DNA of 64,000 nucleotides, taken from the NCBI GenBank assembly GCA_038247415.1, contig JBBRUX010000002.1, positions 64,001 to 128,000 of the forward strand, given 5' to 3'. The notes beneath the pieces are model-generated. The model did no database searches. It worked only from the letters and a program-made list of their open reading frames with translations, and had not been told where the DNA came from. This document shows positions 39,272-48,962 of this stretch, in pieces; position 1 is the first letter of the stretch; the number at the start of each line of letters is the position of its first letter. The stretch is from Chitinivibrionales bacterium. Its GTDB lineage: Bacteria; Fibrobacterota; Chitinivibrionia; Chitinivibrionales; WJKA01. Both the position numbers and the translations under genes were made by a program.

Positions 39272-41452
39272 ATGAAATCAATAATTGTCATTATGTGCAT
39301 GGTGATCGTTGCTATGAGCGTTTCGGGAAATGAGGTGATTCCTCGATGTATTGGCAATTTTGTTGTGGATACGAACCTTAAAGATGTATCTCTACCGGAA
39401 TTTTTGCGCATGCACAAGAAGCATGTAAACGATGCTGCAAAACCAATTCGTGTTTTGGCACTTATTGATGCTAGATTTAATGCAGTAGATCTCGCGGCGT
39501 ATGGCTGGCAGGAGTGTAATCGCATGGGGGATATTGCGGTTCTTATGGGAAACCCAGCCACGGCTGATTATCTTGTGTCAATACCCGGAATTAGAACCAT
39601 AAAAAAACCATCTAGGATTTATCCCTGTATGGATTCTGCGAGGGTACAATGCTCGATAAATGAGGTAGTAACTTATTCTGATAAAACAGGGTTGCCTAAA
39701 GCATTTTCTGGCAAGGGTGTACTGCTTGGCATGATGGATACCGAATTTGATACGCAGATTCCGGCATTTCTTGACTCTTTAGGAAAAACCAGATTTGTTG
39801 CAGTATGGGATCAGAATGATACAACCAAGGGATTTCCTAATAAATATGGGTATGGGGTTATTAAACGCGGTGCGGAACTTACGGCTAATCCCTGGTTTGG
39901 TACCACGGGGTCTGTTCATGGAACCATGATGACAAGTTATGCGGCTGGAAGCGAACCCACAGTGCCATACGGTGGCGTGGCGCCTAAAGTGACGATTGCC
40001 GGCATGCAGTATACGCAAGATGACAATGATCTAATTACGGGGATGCAATGGCTTTTTGCTCTTGCCGATTCTTTGAAAATGCCGTGTGTTGTCAATATGA
40101 GTATCGGTTCTGCATCCGGACCTCATGATGGAACATCGCTTATAGACAAAGCCATTGATACTTTGGCACAAGCTGGTCATATTGTTGTGGGTGCAATGGG
40201 AAATGATGGCGCGGGCAAAATTCATGTTTCTTTTCCTGTGAGTCGAACCGATTCGGTTGGTAGCTGGTTTGTGAGTGAAGTGTCGGTAACAAATGGAATA
40301 ACCAAAGGATATAGTGCGGTTGATTTATGGGGAGAAGCAGAAAAATCATTTTCTGCAACCTGGTATATAGTTAATGCTCAAACGAAACAATACCAGAAAG
40401 CCCGAAATGCGATTTCAACGCAAATAGCGGGTCAGTATAAGCCTCAAACAATAGTCTTTGGAACCGATTCGGTTGTTTTAGAAATTGCAGCCGAAAGAAC
40501 CAGTATTCTTAATAGAAAACCCCATATGCAAGCTGCACTTACAACACATAAAGCCGATATCTATCTTGGATGCATCATTGTGGGTTTATCAACAACTACA
40601 ACTACCGTGAATGGTTGGAATGTCATGAAAAAGCCATGCATAAGTCTTGATATTGCAGGATTCAAAAATGGAGATAGTATATCAAGCGTAGCTGAAATTG
40701 GCGGAACGGGAAAAAAGACGATTTCGGTAAGTTCATATACGAGTAAATCAAATTACACGCTATGGAATGGAACCCCAGGAGGGAATGCGAGTCCGTATCA
40801 TGGTCTGGTTGGTTTTGGCGGATATGGGCCAACACTTGACGGTCGCATTAAACCGGATATTGTGGCGCCTGGAGCGTGGGTAACCGGAGCACTCGGAAGA
40901 AAATACACCGATCAAACATATATTGTAATGTGGAATAATTATCCCGACATTCTTTCTCGCTATGCTGTCAATGGAGGAACCTCTATATCTGCTCCTATCG
41001 TTTCTGGGGCTGTTGCTCTTATGCTGGAAGCTAAGCCCGATCTAACGCCCGATCAGGTGCGAACAATTCTTATACAAACAGCGCATACCGACGAATTTAC
41101 AGGTACAATAAGCACCCCCAATAACGCATGGGGTGGAGGAAAGTTAAATGTTTTGGGAGCGCTTCAAAAACTCGTGGGACAACCGGTTTATGCTGACAAA
41201 GGGATAGAACGAGTCAACATTGTTAAGGGCGTATTTCTTCAAAAGTTATCGGCAAACACCTTTCGTATTGTGGGTTCAGAAATGGTACTTAAAAATGCGC
41301 ATGTTGATATGTATTCTGCAGATGGACGAATGCTAAAACAGTATCAAAGATTAGGTGCGAAAGCGTTACTGGTATGCGACAAAAAGGGTGTAGTATTTAT
41401 TCGCGTGCAGAGTGGGGCTTTTAGGGAAGTTTTCAAAAGAGAACTATTGTAG
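39272..41452 (+). CDS. Secreted S8 subtilisin-like serine peptidase with a T9SS-like C-terminal domain
   Basis: Triad MMDTE / HGT / GTSISAP, KPDIVAPG, WGGGKLN; terminal MYSADGR..GVVFIRV. Confidence 0.88.
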   Translation: MKSIIVIMCMVIVAMSVSGNEVIPRCIGNFVVDTNLKDVSLPEFLRMHKKHVNDAAKPIRVLALIDARFNAVDLAAYGWQECNRMGDIAVLMGNPATADYLVSIPGIRTIKKPSRIYPCMDSARVQCSINEVVTYSDKTGLPKAFSGKGVLLGMMDTEFDTQIPAFLDSLGKTRFVAVWDQNDTTKGFPNKYGYGVIKRGAELTANPWFGTTGSVHGTMMTSYAAGSEPTVPYGGVAPKVTIAGMQYTQDDNDLITGMQWLFALADSLKMPCVVNMSIGSASGPHDGTSLIDKAIDTLAQAGHIVVGAMGNDGAGKIHVSFPVSRTDSVGSWFVSEVSVTNGITKGYSAVDLWGEAEKSFSATWYIVNAQTKQYQKARNAISTQIAGQYKPQTIVFGTDSVVLEIAAERTSILNRKPHMQAALTTHKADIYLGCIIVGLSTTTTTVNGWNVMKKPCISLDIAGFKNGDSISSVAEIGGTGKKTISVSSYTSKSNYTLWNGTPGGNASPYHGLVGFGGYGPTLDGRIKPDIVAPGAWVTGALGRKYTDQTYIVMWNNYPDILSRYAVNGGTSISAPIVSGAVALMLEAKPDLTPDQVRTILIQTAHTDEFTGTISTPNNAWGGGKLNVLGALQKLVGQPVYADKGIERVNIVKGVFLQKLSANTFRIVGSEMVLKNAHVDMYSADGRMLKQYQRLGAKALLVCDKKGVVFIRVQSGAFREVFKRELL

Positions 41453-41460
41453 GAATAGGG

Positions 41461-43356
41461 TTATTCGGAAATAGCAAAAACATCTTTGAGGGTGCGTGTT
41501 GCTGCCGAAGCAACAAAGGGATCACGAAAGGGATGCGATGCGATATTTTTTAAAAGAGGAATTGCTTTACGAGCACGCAGTTTACCAAGTTCGTTAATAG
41601 CAGCAATGCGAGTACCAAACGAAGCAGCATATGCTACATCGAGCATATATACCTGCGCCATATCAACTCCCGCATGAGCGGCGATCTTAATATGAACCCC
41701 ATTCCAGCGTTTGTTATAGTCTTTATTGTAAACCCATGAACTAATCATGGGGTTACGGGCGCACCGCAAATAAGATGCATACACATTCACACATTCATCG
41801 GGAATAAGAGATCGAGTATAGCGCATAATGCAATCATCTGCTATGACTCGATGTACTTCGGCTAAGCGTGACTTTCCACCAAAACATGTTTGAGCATTTT
41901 CAAAAAGCTTGTTGGCATTGGAACAATCATCTTTTTTGAGGGCAATCCAGGCTAAAAGAATATTCCCATACGCCTCGGTATTTTTAGCTTCGATAAGCGT
42001 TGTCGCGAGATTTTTTGCATCATCAAATTTTTGATTGATGATAAGAAGCGATCCTGCATTGAAAAGTTTTTTTAGAGGCCATCGATGCGCATATTCTTCT
42101 GGGGCTTGAGCAGCAATATAGGCATCATCAAAAGAAACGGTGGTGGTGATGTAATCGTAGAACTGCATAAGTGCCGCGAAAAGAACTACGAGTGCACAAC
42201 AAATTCCAGCAATGCGTACCCATGGTTTGCGAAGTTCTCGAAAAAAAGAAGAGGTATGCGTTGAAATGATTCCCATGCTCTTAGTAATAGTGGCCGCCCA
42301 TTGGGCTCTCTGGTGTCGCAAAAGAGGAACTTTTTGGCTACCAAGACTTTGTATAATAATGGAAATACCTTTAATGCCATACGATACAACGGTTTTAGAG
42401 GTATTCGCTAATTTTGAAAATCTTTGACTAAACAAAGCTAGATCATCGTGTATAGTACCTTCCGAAGAAGACCCAGATGCTTGCGATTGAGGTGAAGGTT
42501 TAACATCGAGAAGCTGTGAAAAAGCTTCTATACAATCGGTGGCGGTTTGTATGCGTTGTTTACGGTTTGATATCAGCATTGCGTTAACAAGAGATTCGAT
42601 TTCTGGCGAAATACCCTCGCACAGCGTTGATAATTTTGGTTGGTCGCCTTTTATGGTAGCAAAGGCGGTTGCAGCAATAGTATCCCTAAGAAATGGATGG
42701 TGCCCAGAAAGCATTTCGTAAAGAACAACACCTAAACTAAAAATATCGGCTCGAGAATCTGCAATGTATCCGTCAAGTTGTTCCGGAGCCATATATCCAG
42801 GAGAGCCAACAACCGAACCATCGCTGGTATGCATGGCAAATGGCGCTTTTGCCACGCCAAAATCGGTAAGTTTTGCTCTACCGCTGTGAGAATCGATAAG
42901 AATATTGGCTGGCTTTACATCGCGGTGTACTATTTCCCGTGAATGCGCGTGATGTAAGGCAGAGGCAATATCTAAGGTAATGGTAAGAGCTTGCTGAGGA
43001 GAAAGCTTTTTAAGGCGTTTGAGGAGAGCATAGAGGGATTCGCCCTCAACAAATTCAAAAGCGATCCAGGGTATACCATTCTCTTCACCAGCATCAAAAA
43101 TACTTACAATAGTTTGTAGATGAAGCTTGGCAACCGATTTAGCTTCGGATTGAAAGCGTTTAAGAAATTCTTCTTTTTTTTCGGGATCCAGATGAGGATC
43201 GAGCCGAATTACTTTGAGTGCGACATTACGCTGTAAAACAGGATCGAGCGCAAGATAAACACTTCCCATACCGCCTTCGCCCAAAAGCGAGATTGTAGAA
43301 TATCGCCCAAAGGTTGTCGAGGGTAAAGCAGATGGAAGAGGTGGTTTCGTTTTCAT
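41461..43356 (-). CDS. Membrane Ser/Thr protein kinase with C-terminal TPR/HEAT-like helices
   Basis: LGEGGMG.VY, VALK, HRDVKPANIL, DFG and GSPGYMAPE; one TM segment; likely start 43356. Confidence 0.92.
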   Translation of the reverse strand: MKTKPPLPSALPSTTFGRYSTISLLGEGGMGSVYLALDPVLQRNVALKVIRLDPHLDPEKKEEFLKRFQSEAKSVAKLHLQTIVSIFDAGEENGIPWIAFEFVEGESLYALLKRLKKLSPQQALTITLDIASALHHAHSREIVHRDVKPANILIDSHSGRAKLTDFGVAKAPFAMHTSDGSVVGSPGYMAPEQLDGYIADSRADIFSLGVVLYEMLSGHHPFLRDTIAATAFATIKGDQPKLSTLCEGISPEIESLVNAMLISNRKQRIQTATDCIEAFSQLLDVKPSPQSQASGSSSEGTIHDDLALFSQRFSKLANTSKTVVSYGIKGISIIIQSLGSQKVPLLRHQRAQWAATITKSMGIISTHTSSFFRELRKPWVRIAGICCALVVLFAALMQFYDYITTTVSFDDAYIAAQAPEEYAHRWPLKKLFNAGSLLIINQKFDDAKNLATTLIEAKNTEAYGNILLAWIALKKDDCSNANKLFENAQTCFGGKSRLAEVHRVIADDCIMRYTRSLIPDECVNVYASYLRCARNPMISSWVYNKDYNKRWNGVHIKIAAHAGVDMAQVYMLDVAYAASFGTRIAAINELGKLRARKAIPLLKNIASHPFRDPFVASAATRTLKDVFAISE

Positions 43357-43427
43357 GACATTGGCAATTCTTAACTCAACAAAAATATTTTTTTTGCAAA
43401 AGCACAGTAAGCAGACATCACTAACTG

Positions 43428-43847
43428 CTATTTCGAAAGAATACTGAGATCTTGTTGCGCCCAAAAATTACTTGCTGTTTTATAGTGAAGACGAATCCGA
43501 TACTGTGTTGCATTCATAGCGCCAAAACCATTACGGGAAACGACGGGGCCCCAGATAAGATAGGTGCAATTTCCTTTGTAAAGAAGCCCAGCAGATGAAT
43601 CACGAACAAAGAGTGCGGATTTGGGATTTTGAAGATTTTTAGCAACCAAAGATTCAGCATGCGCAATTGCTAGAGTAGTATCTGTACAGATTTGCGCTAC
43701 ATTTGAGGGAATCTTTTTTTTAGTGCTTACAATAAGACCAATAAGAATAGTGAGGCCTACAAAACACGCCAGAACAAAGAGCATTATTCCTAAAATATCA
43801 AAGTGTCGCGTGGCTGATTTTTTAGGAGTTTTTTTGGCGTCTGGCAT
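43428..43847 (-). CDS. Hypothetical single-pass membrane protein
   Basis: One TM helix, then L.NP.SA.F ... RNGFGA; likely start 43847. Confidence 0.65.
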   Translation of the reverse strand: MPDAKKTPKKSATRHFDILGIMLFVLACFVGLTILIGLIVSTKKKIPSNVAQICTDTTLAIAHAESLVAKNLQNPKSALFVRDSSAGLLYKGNCTYLIWGPVVSRNGFGAMNATQYRIRLHYKTASNFWAQQDLSILSK

Positions 43848-43939
43848 GACAAAATCCTTCGATGAGAACGGATTGAATGTATATTGATCGTAAAAATAGA
43901 TCATGCAGAAAATATGCAGCTTTTTTACGAGGTGAAAGT

Positions 43940-44761
43940 ATGTCTAAGGATAAAAAAGCAAAGGTGCAAGTTCCCCCTAAAAAGAGAAGTGATCCAGGTG
44001 TTGCGCGTCATGAGCTCGTGGCGTTTCTTGATGAATTTTTGGGTACTACCAAAATAGCAGACTCTTCGTGCAATGGATTACAAGTTGAAGGAGCGGCAAT
44101 TGTTAAAAAAGTAGGCGTTGCAGTTGATGCATGCATCGAGACTTATACTAAGGCATGTGAACAAAAGTGCCAGATGCTTATTGTGCATCATGGTTTAATT
44201 TGGTCTGGAATAACGACGGTCCAAGGAAGAGTTCGTAATCATTTAAAGTATATGCTCGAGCACGAACTTAACCTGTATGCATCTCATTTGCCGCTTGATG
44301 CTCATAAAGTTGTTGGAAATAATATGCAACTTGCTCATATTATAGGACTTACAGACATAGAGCCTGCATTCTCGTACCGGGCGGAAATTATCGGCGTTAA
44401 AGGAAACCTTCCTAAAAAACAGGATTGTAGAAGTATCGCGAAAATGCTTCAAAAAGGAATTGGTGGTCAACCGCAAGTGCTTGATTTTAATAAGAAAAGT
44501 ATTGAAACTGTTGGAATTGTGTCGGGAGGTGGGGCATCGGATCTTGGTCAGGCGGTTGCAATGGGGCTCGATTGTTTTATCACAGGGGAATCATCACATA
44601 GCGCATACCACATTGCGCTCGAAGCGGGCATTAGCGTTATTTATGGTGGTCATTATTTTACAGAAACTGTGGGAGTTCGGGCACTAGGGCACATACTACA
44701 AAAGCAGTTTAGCCTGGACGTAGAATTTATTGACGTCCCAGTACAACAAGTTTATTTATAA
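43940..44761 (+). CDS. Nif3-like dinuclear metal centre protein (YbgI)
   Basis: NGLQVEG, IVHHGL, YASHLPLDAH and GHYFTE. Confidence 0.93.
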   Translation: MSKDKKAKVQVPPKKRSDPGVARHELVAFLDEFLGTTKIADSSCNGLQVEGAAIVKKVGVAVDACIETYTKACEQKCQMLIVHHGLIWSGITTVQGRVRNHLKYMLEHELNLYASHLPLDAHKVVGNNMQLAHIIGLTDIEPAFSYRAEIIGVKGNLPKKQDCRSIAKMLQKGIGGQPQVLDFNKKSIETVGIVSGGGASDLGQAVAMGLDCFITGESSHSAYHIALEAGISVIYGGHYFTETVGVRALGHILQKQFSLDVEFIDVPVQQVYL

Positions 44762-44837
44762 AGAGTTAGAACAATAATATATAATTTTTGTGTATGCTAT
44801 AGGACCTCTCACCGCGTACAATTCCCCAAACCTGGCG

Positions 44838-45272
44838 CTAAATATCATAGGTAGAGGACACAGCATGCGTATCCATTTCTACGGCATCTGCAAGAGTAAT
44901 TGATGAAAGCAGCTTTGTTTCAGTATCATGAAGTTTTTTCCAAATTTGTTGAGCTGCGCAGCCATGAATCCTTGTACACGTCTCGGGTTTTTCGATGCAA
45001 TCTACAGGAGCAATCGAACCTTCGAGCGCGTTGACGATTTCGAGAATGGTAATAGTACTAGCTGATCTGGCCAGAATAAATCCACCATGGGCGCCCCGAG
45101 AGGTGTTTATGATACCAGCGTTTTTGAGAGCAATAAGAATATTTTCAAGATAGCCGTGCGAGATATTTTGGGCAAGCGCAATATCTTTGCGTTTTACAGC
45201 TAAACTTGAATGACGTTTTCCTATTTCGATTAATGCGCGCAAGCCGTAACGGCATTTAGTTGAAAGTTTCAT
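44838..45272 (-). CDS. Rrf2 family transcriptional regulator (IscR/CymR-like, three Cys)
   Basis: MKLSTKCRYGLRAL, YLENIL..L, SRGAHGGF.L and C-x6-C-x5-C. Confidence 0.93.
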   Translation of the reverse strand: MKLSTKCRYGLRALIEIGKRHSSLAVKRKDIALAQNISHGYLENILIALKNAGIINTSRGAHGGFILARSASTITILEIVNALEGSIAPVDCIEKPETCTRIHGCAAQQIWKKLHDTETKLLSSITLADAVEMDTHAVSSTYDI

Positions 45273-45430
45273 AAGAGGTTCACACTTTAATAATTGTTTA
45301 GATAACCAGTTTTGTTAATAAACTCACTAAAGATAAAATATATTAACGCGCACAGGGCCTTAAGGCCAGATTAGTTATTGTAAGGGCGATGGGGTTTTGT
45401 TTTGATCAATTAACAAAAAAAGAATAAAAA

Positions 45431-45641
45431 TCTGAGCATTCCGACTTCGCCGGCGCCCCCACCCCTTCGGGCGCCCAAAGGAAGTACCCTTGGGGTATTT
45501 TCCGATGCGTCTTCGTTAATGGGCTCTTGCTTCGCAAGCCGGCCTTTCATGCCATGCGGCACTACGTGCCTGAGGCATTCAAGACTGAAAGCTTTACTCC
45601 GTTTTGCTTTCACCCCTCTCTGCGTCGGAGAGGGGTGAGGC
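45431..45641. repeat. GC-rich cluster of short hairpins (unclassified)
   Basis: Stems at 45452-45475, 45474-45494, 45526-45538, 45558-45570 and an 11-bp perfect stem at 45610-45638. Confidence 0.55.
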
Positions 45642-45671
45642 TTAAATGTCAATAAATCCCATAGTTCTTCT

Positions 45672-45845
45672 TCAGGGTAGCCCCGTTGCCTTTTGCGACA
45701 GGCAGGACTGGAGTGTGATGGATGAACAGCGGGAATCCATTAGTCTGGAGAGACCTCGGTGCAACGCACCGCAGGGTTTGACAGACCGGCTCACGAAGTG
45801 AGAGCACGTAAGGGGGGCAAACGGTGAAACCGGGTCGCCCGGATC
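45672..45845 (+). ncRNA. Candidate structured ncRNA of about 175 nt (unclassified)
   Basis: The 5' and 3' ends pair as a long stem with several G-U pairs; three internal hairpins; tandem G-A pairs. Confidence 0.45.
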
Positions 45846-46098
45846 AAAATCTACATTTTAAATGCAAATACAACGACTTATTCTAAAGGCTACTAGTAGA
45901 AAATAATGCCACACTAAAGATATCTACAGGTTATAGCCCTTTTGGGGTAAGTATCTCGCCATAATCGTTGGTGATTTTCTCGGCACGTAGTATTTTTGCA
46001 AAGGTCTTTTTGTTTGATCAAGACAGCTTAAAGCCTTTGGATTTTCAAAATTCAAAATCCTAGAGAAACCATCCAAACGAACCAAGGAGTGCATACCG

Positions 46099-46887
46099 GT
46101 GAATATCGTAGTCTGCATTAAGCAAGTCCCCGGCTCTACACAGGTAAAAATTAATCCCGAAACGGGAACACTTATCCGGGATAGTGTTGAAGCGATTGTT
46201 AATCCATTTGATGAGTATGCAATCGAGGAAGCTTTGCGCATTAAGGAAATTAATGGCGCAACCGTAAAGGTTATAACGATGGGGCCACCCCAAGCTACCG
46301 ATGCATTACGAAGTGCAATTGCCATGGGTGCCGACGAAGCCTTTTTGGTATCGGATCGGGCATTTGCAGGTTCCGATACATGGGCGACATCGTATACATT
46401 ATCTCGCGGCATAAAGTCTCTTGGTGTCGTGGATCTTATTATTTGCGGAAAGCAAGCAATCGATGGCGATACCGCACAAGTAGGTCCAGGTGTTGCCGAA
46501 ATGCTTAATATTCCCTACGTTGCGTGGGTTCGCAAAATAGAAGAAATTACAGAAAACCGCATTCGTGTTCAACGGCTTATGGAAGATGGCTACGATGTGG
46601 TAGAAATGCCATTGCCCGGGCTTATTACGGTTATCAAAGAAATTAATCAACCACGCCTTGCTTCACTTAAAGGTAAAATGCGTGCGAAGAAGATAGAAAT
46701 TCCAACGCTTACTGCCGAAATGCTTGGGGTAGATCTTAACAAAACAGGATTAAAGGGTAGCCCAACACAAGTGTTTCGGTCTTTTGTTCCACAAAAAAGA
46801 GGCGGTGGAGAAAAAATAAGTGGCGATACTGCAACGCTTGTTGAAAAGATAACATCAACTATCCTTGAAATGAAGGTAATTAAATAA
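46099..46887 (+). CDS. etfB: Electron transfer flavoprotein beta subunit
   Basis: VCIKQVP, NPFDEYAIE, DRAFAGSDTWAT and GKQAIDGDTAQVG. Confidence 0.96.
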   Translation: MNIVVCIKQVPGSTQVKINPETGTLIRDSVEAIVNPFDEYAIEEALRIKEINGATVKVITMGPPQATDALRSAIAMGADEAFLVSDRAFAGSDTWATSYTLSRGIKSLGVVDLIICGKQAIDGDTAQVGPGVAEMLNIPYVAWVRKIEEITENRIRVQRLMEDGYDVVEMPLPGLITVIKEINQPRLASLKGKMRAKKIEIPTLTAEMLGVDLNKTGLKGSPTQVFRSFVPQKRGGGEKISGDTATLVEKITSTILEMKVIK

Positions 46888-46900
46888 AGAGGGGATCGTA

Positions 46901-48103
46901 ATGGGAATTAGCGTAAGTCTAGAAAAATGCATTGGATGTGGTTTGTGTGTGCGCTCCTGTGCTCCAAAAGCAATTTCACTGGTTGATAAAAAAGCAGTTA
47001 TAGATCTTTCGGCATGTACCATGTGTGGAGCATGCGTTGACGCCTGCAAACGTTACGAAGCAATAACCATCGCTAAAGAAAATGTAGGTGGTTGTGATGT
47101 TTCGTTGTATGCGAATGTCGCAGTATTTATCGAACAGGGCGACGGCCATATCCATGGTGTATCATACGAAGTTTTGGGCGAAGGCCGTAAGCTCGCTACT
47201 GCATTACAAGAAAAGCTCATTGCAGTGGTGCTAGGGCACGATATGAAAGCAACCGCAGAAGAGCTTATTAAATATGGTGCCGACAAGGTCGTGTATTTTG
47301 ATGGCCCCGATTGCAAAAGCTTTCGCGACGATACCTATGCGGCGCTTGTTACCCGATTTATCGAAGAAGAAAAACCCGCTATTGTTCTGGCTGGTGGGAC
47401 AGCTATAGGACGTTCTTTTCTGCCCAAAGTTGCTGCCCGAGTATATGGTGGCTTAACAGCCGACTGCACCACGCTTGAAGTTGACCCAGAGAAAAAGTTG
47501 CTCTTGGGGACACGTCCGGCTTTTGGTGGAAACCTCATGGCTACCATTATTGCGCCACATCATCGGCCGCAGCTTGCTACTGTGCGACACAAAGTAATGA
47601 AGCCAGCTGTTTTTGATGCTTCCCGAACTGGCGAAATGGTTATTCATACTGTTGCAAACGGAGCGGTGCAAGAGCGCACAACCATTGTGGATATTGTTAA
47701 GGAAATAGAATCTACAATAAATATAGCCGAGGCCGATATTGTTGTTGCCGGTGGACGAGGTATGCAAAGCGCAGAGAATATGAAGCTATTGCGCGACCTT
47801 GCAGAATCTTTGGGTGGCGCAGTTGGTGCAAGTAGAGCTGCCGTAGATAATGGCTGGATAGCATATAGCCATCAGGTTGGACAAACAGGAAAAACGGTGT
47901 GCCCAAAGCTCTATATTGCGTGTGGTATTTCCGGGTCTGTTCAACATATGGCCGGAATGTCTTCATCAGAGTTTATTATTGCCATCAATTCCGATTCTAA
48001 TGCAGATATTTTCCAAATTGCAAATCTTGGGATTGTAGGAAACGCGCTCGAAATAGTTCCTGCGCTTACTGCAGCGTTTAAGAAAGCTCGATCGGTAGCG
48101 TAA
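46901..48103 (+). CDS. etfA: Electron transfer flavoprotein alpha subunit with an N-terminal 2x[4Fe-4S] ferredoxin
   Basis: CIGCGLC...C and CTMCGAC...C; GLTADCT, RPAFGGN and QVGQTGKTV. Confidence 0.95.
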   Translation: MGISVSLEKCIGCGLCVRSCAPKAISLVDKKAVIDLSACTMCGACVDACKRYEAITIAKENVGGCDVSLYANVAVFIEQGDGHIHGVSYEVLGEGRKLATALQEKLIAVVLGHDMKATAEELIKYGADKVVYFDGPDCKSFRDDTYAALVTRFIEEEKPAIVLAGGTAIGRSFLPKVAARVYGGLTADCTTLEVDPEKKLLLGTRPAFGGNLMATIIAPHHRPQLATVRHKVMKPAVFDASRTGEMVIHTVANGAVQERTTIVDIVKEIESTINIAEADIVVAGGRGMQSAENMKLLRDLAESLGGAVGASRAAVDNGWIAYSHQVGQTGKTVCPKLYIACGISGSVQHMAGMSSSEFIIAINSDSNADIFQIANLGIVGNALEIVPALTAAFKKARSVA

Positions 48104-48191
48104 GTACAAATTACGCGTGTGTTCTTGTTTGATTCTGTTTAGGTACCCACTGCACTCGAATGCATGGGTACCTTTTTTGTAAGGAGGGTGC

Positions 48192-48956
48192 TTGGAATTT
48201 TCTATAACAGATCTGTCGTATTCATATGCAGCCGGCATACCGCCAAGTCTTGATGGTATATCCACGGCCATGAACTCTGCAGAAATAACGGGCCTCGCGG
48301 GTGCAAACGGAAGCGGAAAAACAACGCTTATTCGCATTCTGCTCGGTCAATTGGTTGATTTTAAAGGCACCTATTCTATAAATAAAAAAACAATATCAGA
48401 TGTCACGGGTTCGGTGTGTGCCAAGTATGCAATAGGTTATTCTCCCGATACCCCCATTCTCGATGAAGTCTTGACACCACACGAAATTGCATCTATGGTG
48501 GCACTCATGCATGAGACACCAAAAAATGTATTTGATAGCGATATTGCTTTCTTTAAAGAAACACTAGACATTGGTGATTGGTGGCATCGCAAAACATGCC
48601 AGCAGCTTTCGCATGGCATGCGAAAAAAAGTATCAATTGCGTTAGCCTATTTGGCAAACCCGGCATTTGTCATTTTAGATGAACCGGTAAATGGATTAGA
48701 TCCTGTTGCCGTGGCAGGATTGCGAAGACTCGTTGTTGCCAAAAAGAACAGTGGTATTGGGGCTCTTGTTGTGTCACATATTCTTGACTTTATAGAAAAA
48801 TGTGCCGACACCGTAGTTCTCTTATGCTACAGCAAACTTATCTTTAGTGGATCACTCTCTTTGCTTAAATCAGAACATCCATCGAAGGCAACGCTCGAAG
48901 AAATTTATCTTTCGCTTTTTGGATTGCAATCGCAGATAGAACCCCCGGTACATTAA
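48192..48956 (+). CDS. ABC transporter ATP-binding protein
   Basis: GANGSGKTT, LSHGM, ILDEP..GLD and SH; AAGGAGG SD before TTG. Confidence 0.92.
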   Translation: MEFSITDLSYSYAAGIPPSLDGISTAMNSAEITGLAGANGSGKTTLIRILLGQLVDFKGTYSINKKTISDVTGSVCAKYAIGYSPDTPILDEVLTPHEIASMVALMHETPKNVFDSDIAFFKETLDIGDWWHRKTCQQLSHGMRKKVSIALAYLANPAFVILDEPVNGLDPVAVAGLRRLVVAKKNSGIGALVVSHILDFIEKCADTVVLLCYSKLIFSGSLSLLKSEHPSKATLEEIYLSLFGLQSQIEPPVH

Positions 48957-48962
48957 TTTTCT

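Noticed and set aside
39016..39561. 181-aa minus-strand ORF, and similar spacer-spanning ORFs (45924-46412, 58220-58693)
   Set aside because: They overlap well-supported opposite-strand genes and have no coding motifs
45410..45652. 80-aa minus-strand ORF over the hairpin cluster
   Set aside because: No SD or recognisable domain; explained by stop-poor GC-rich palindromic DNA
45715..45815. Glycine riboswitch resemblance (GGATGAACAGCGGGA, TCTGGAGAGACC...CACCGCAGG)
   Set aside because: GAAG is altered, the 3' CTCTCAGG element is absent, and there is no glycine-related gene downstream
45660..45845. FMN riboswitch (TCTTCAGGG...AGTCTGGA, upstream of etf) or c-di-GMP-I (GGGCAAAC..GAAA..GGTCGC)
   Set aside because: The internal FMN motifs and the second GEMM stem are missing; only short fragments match
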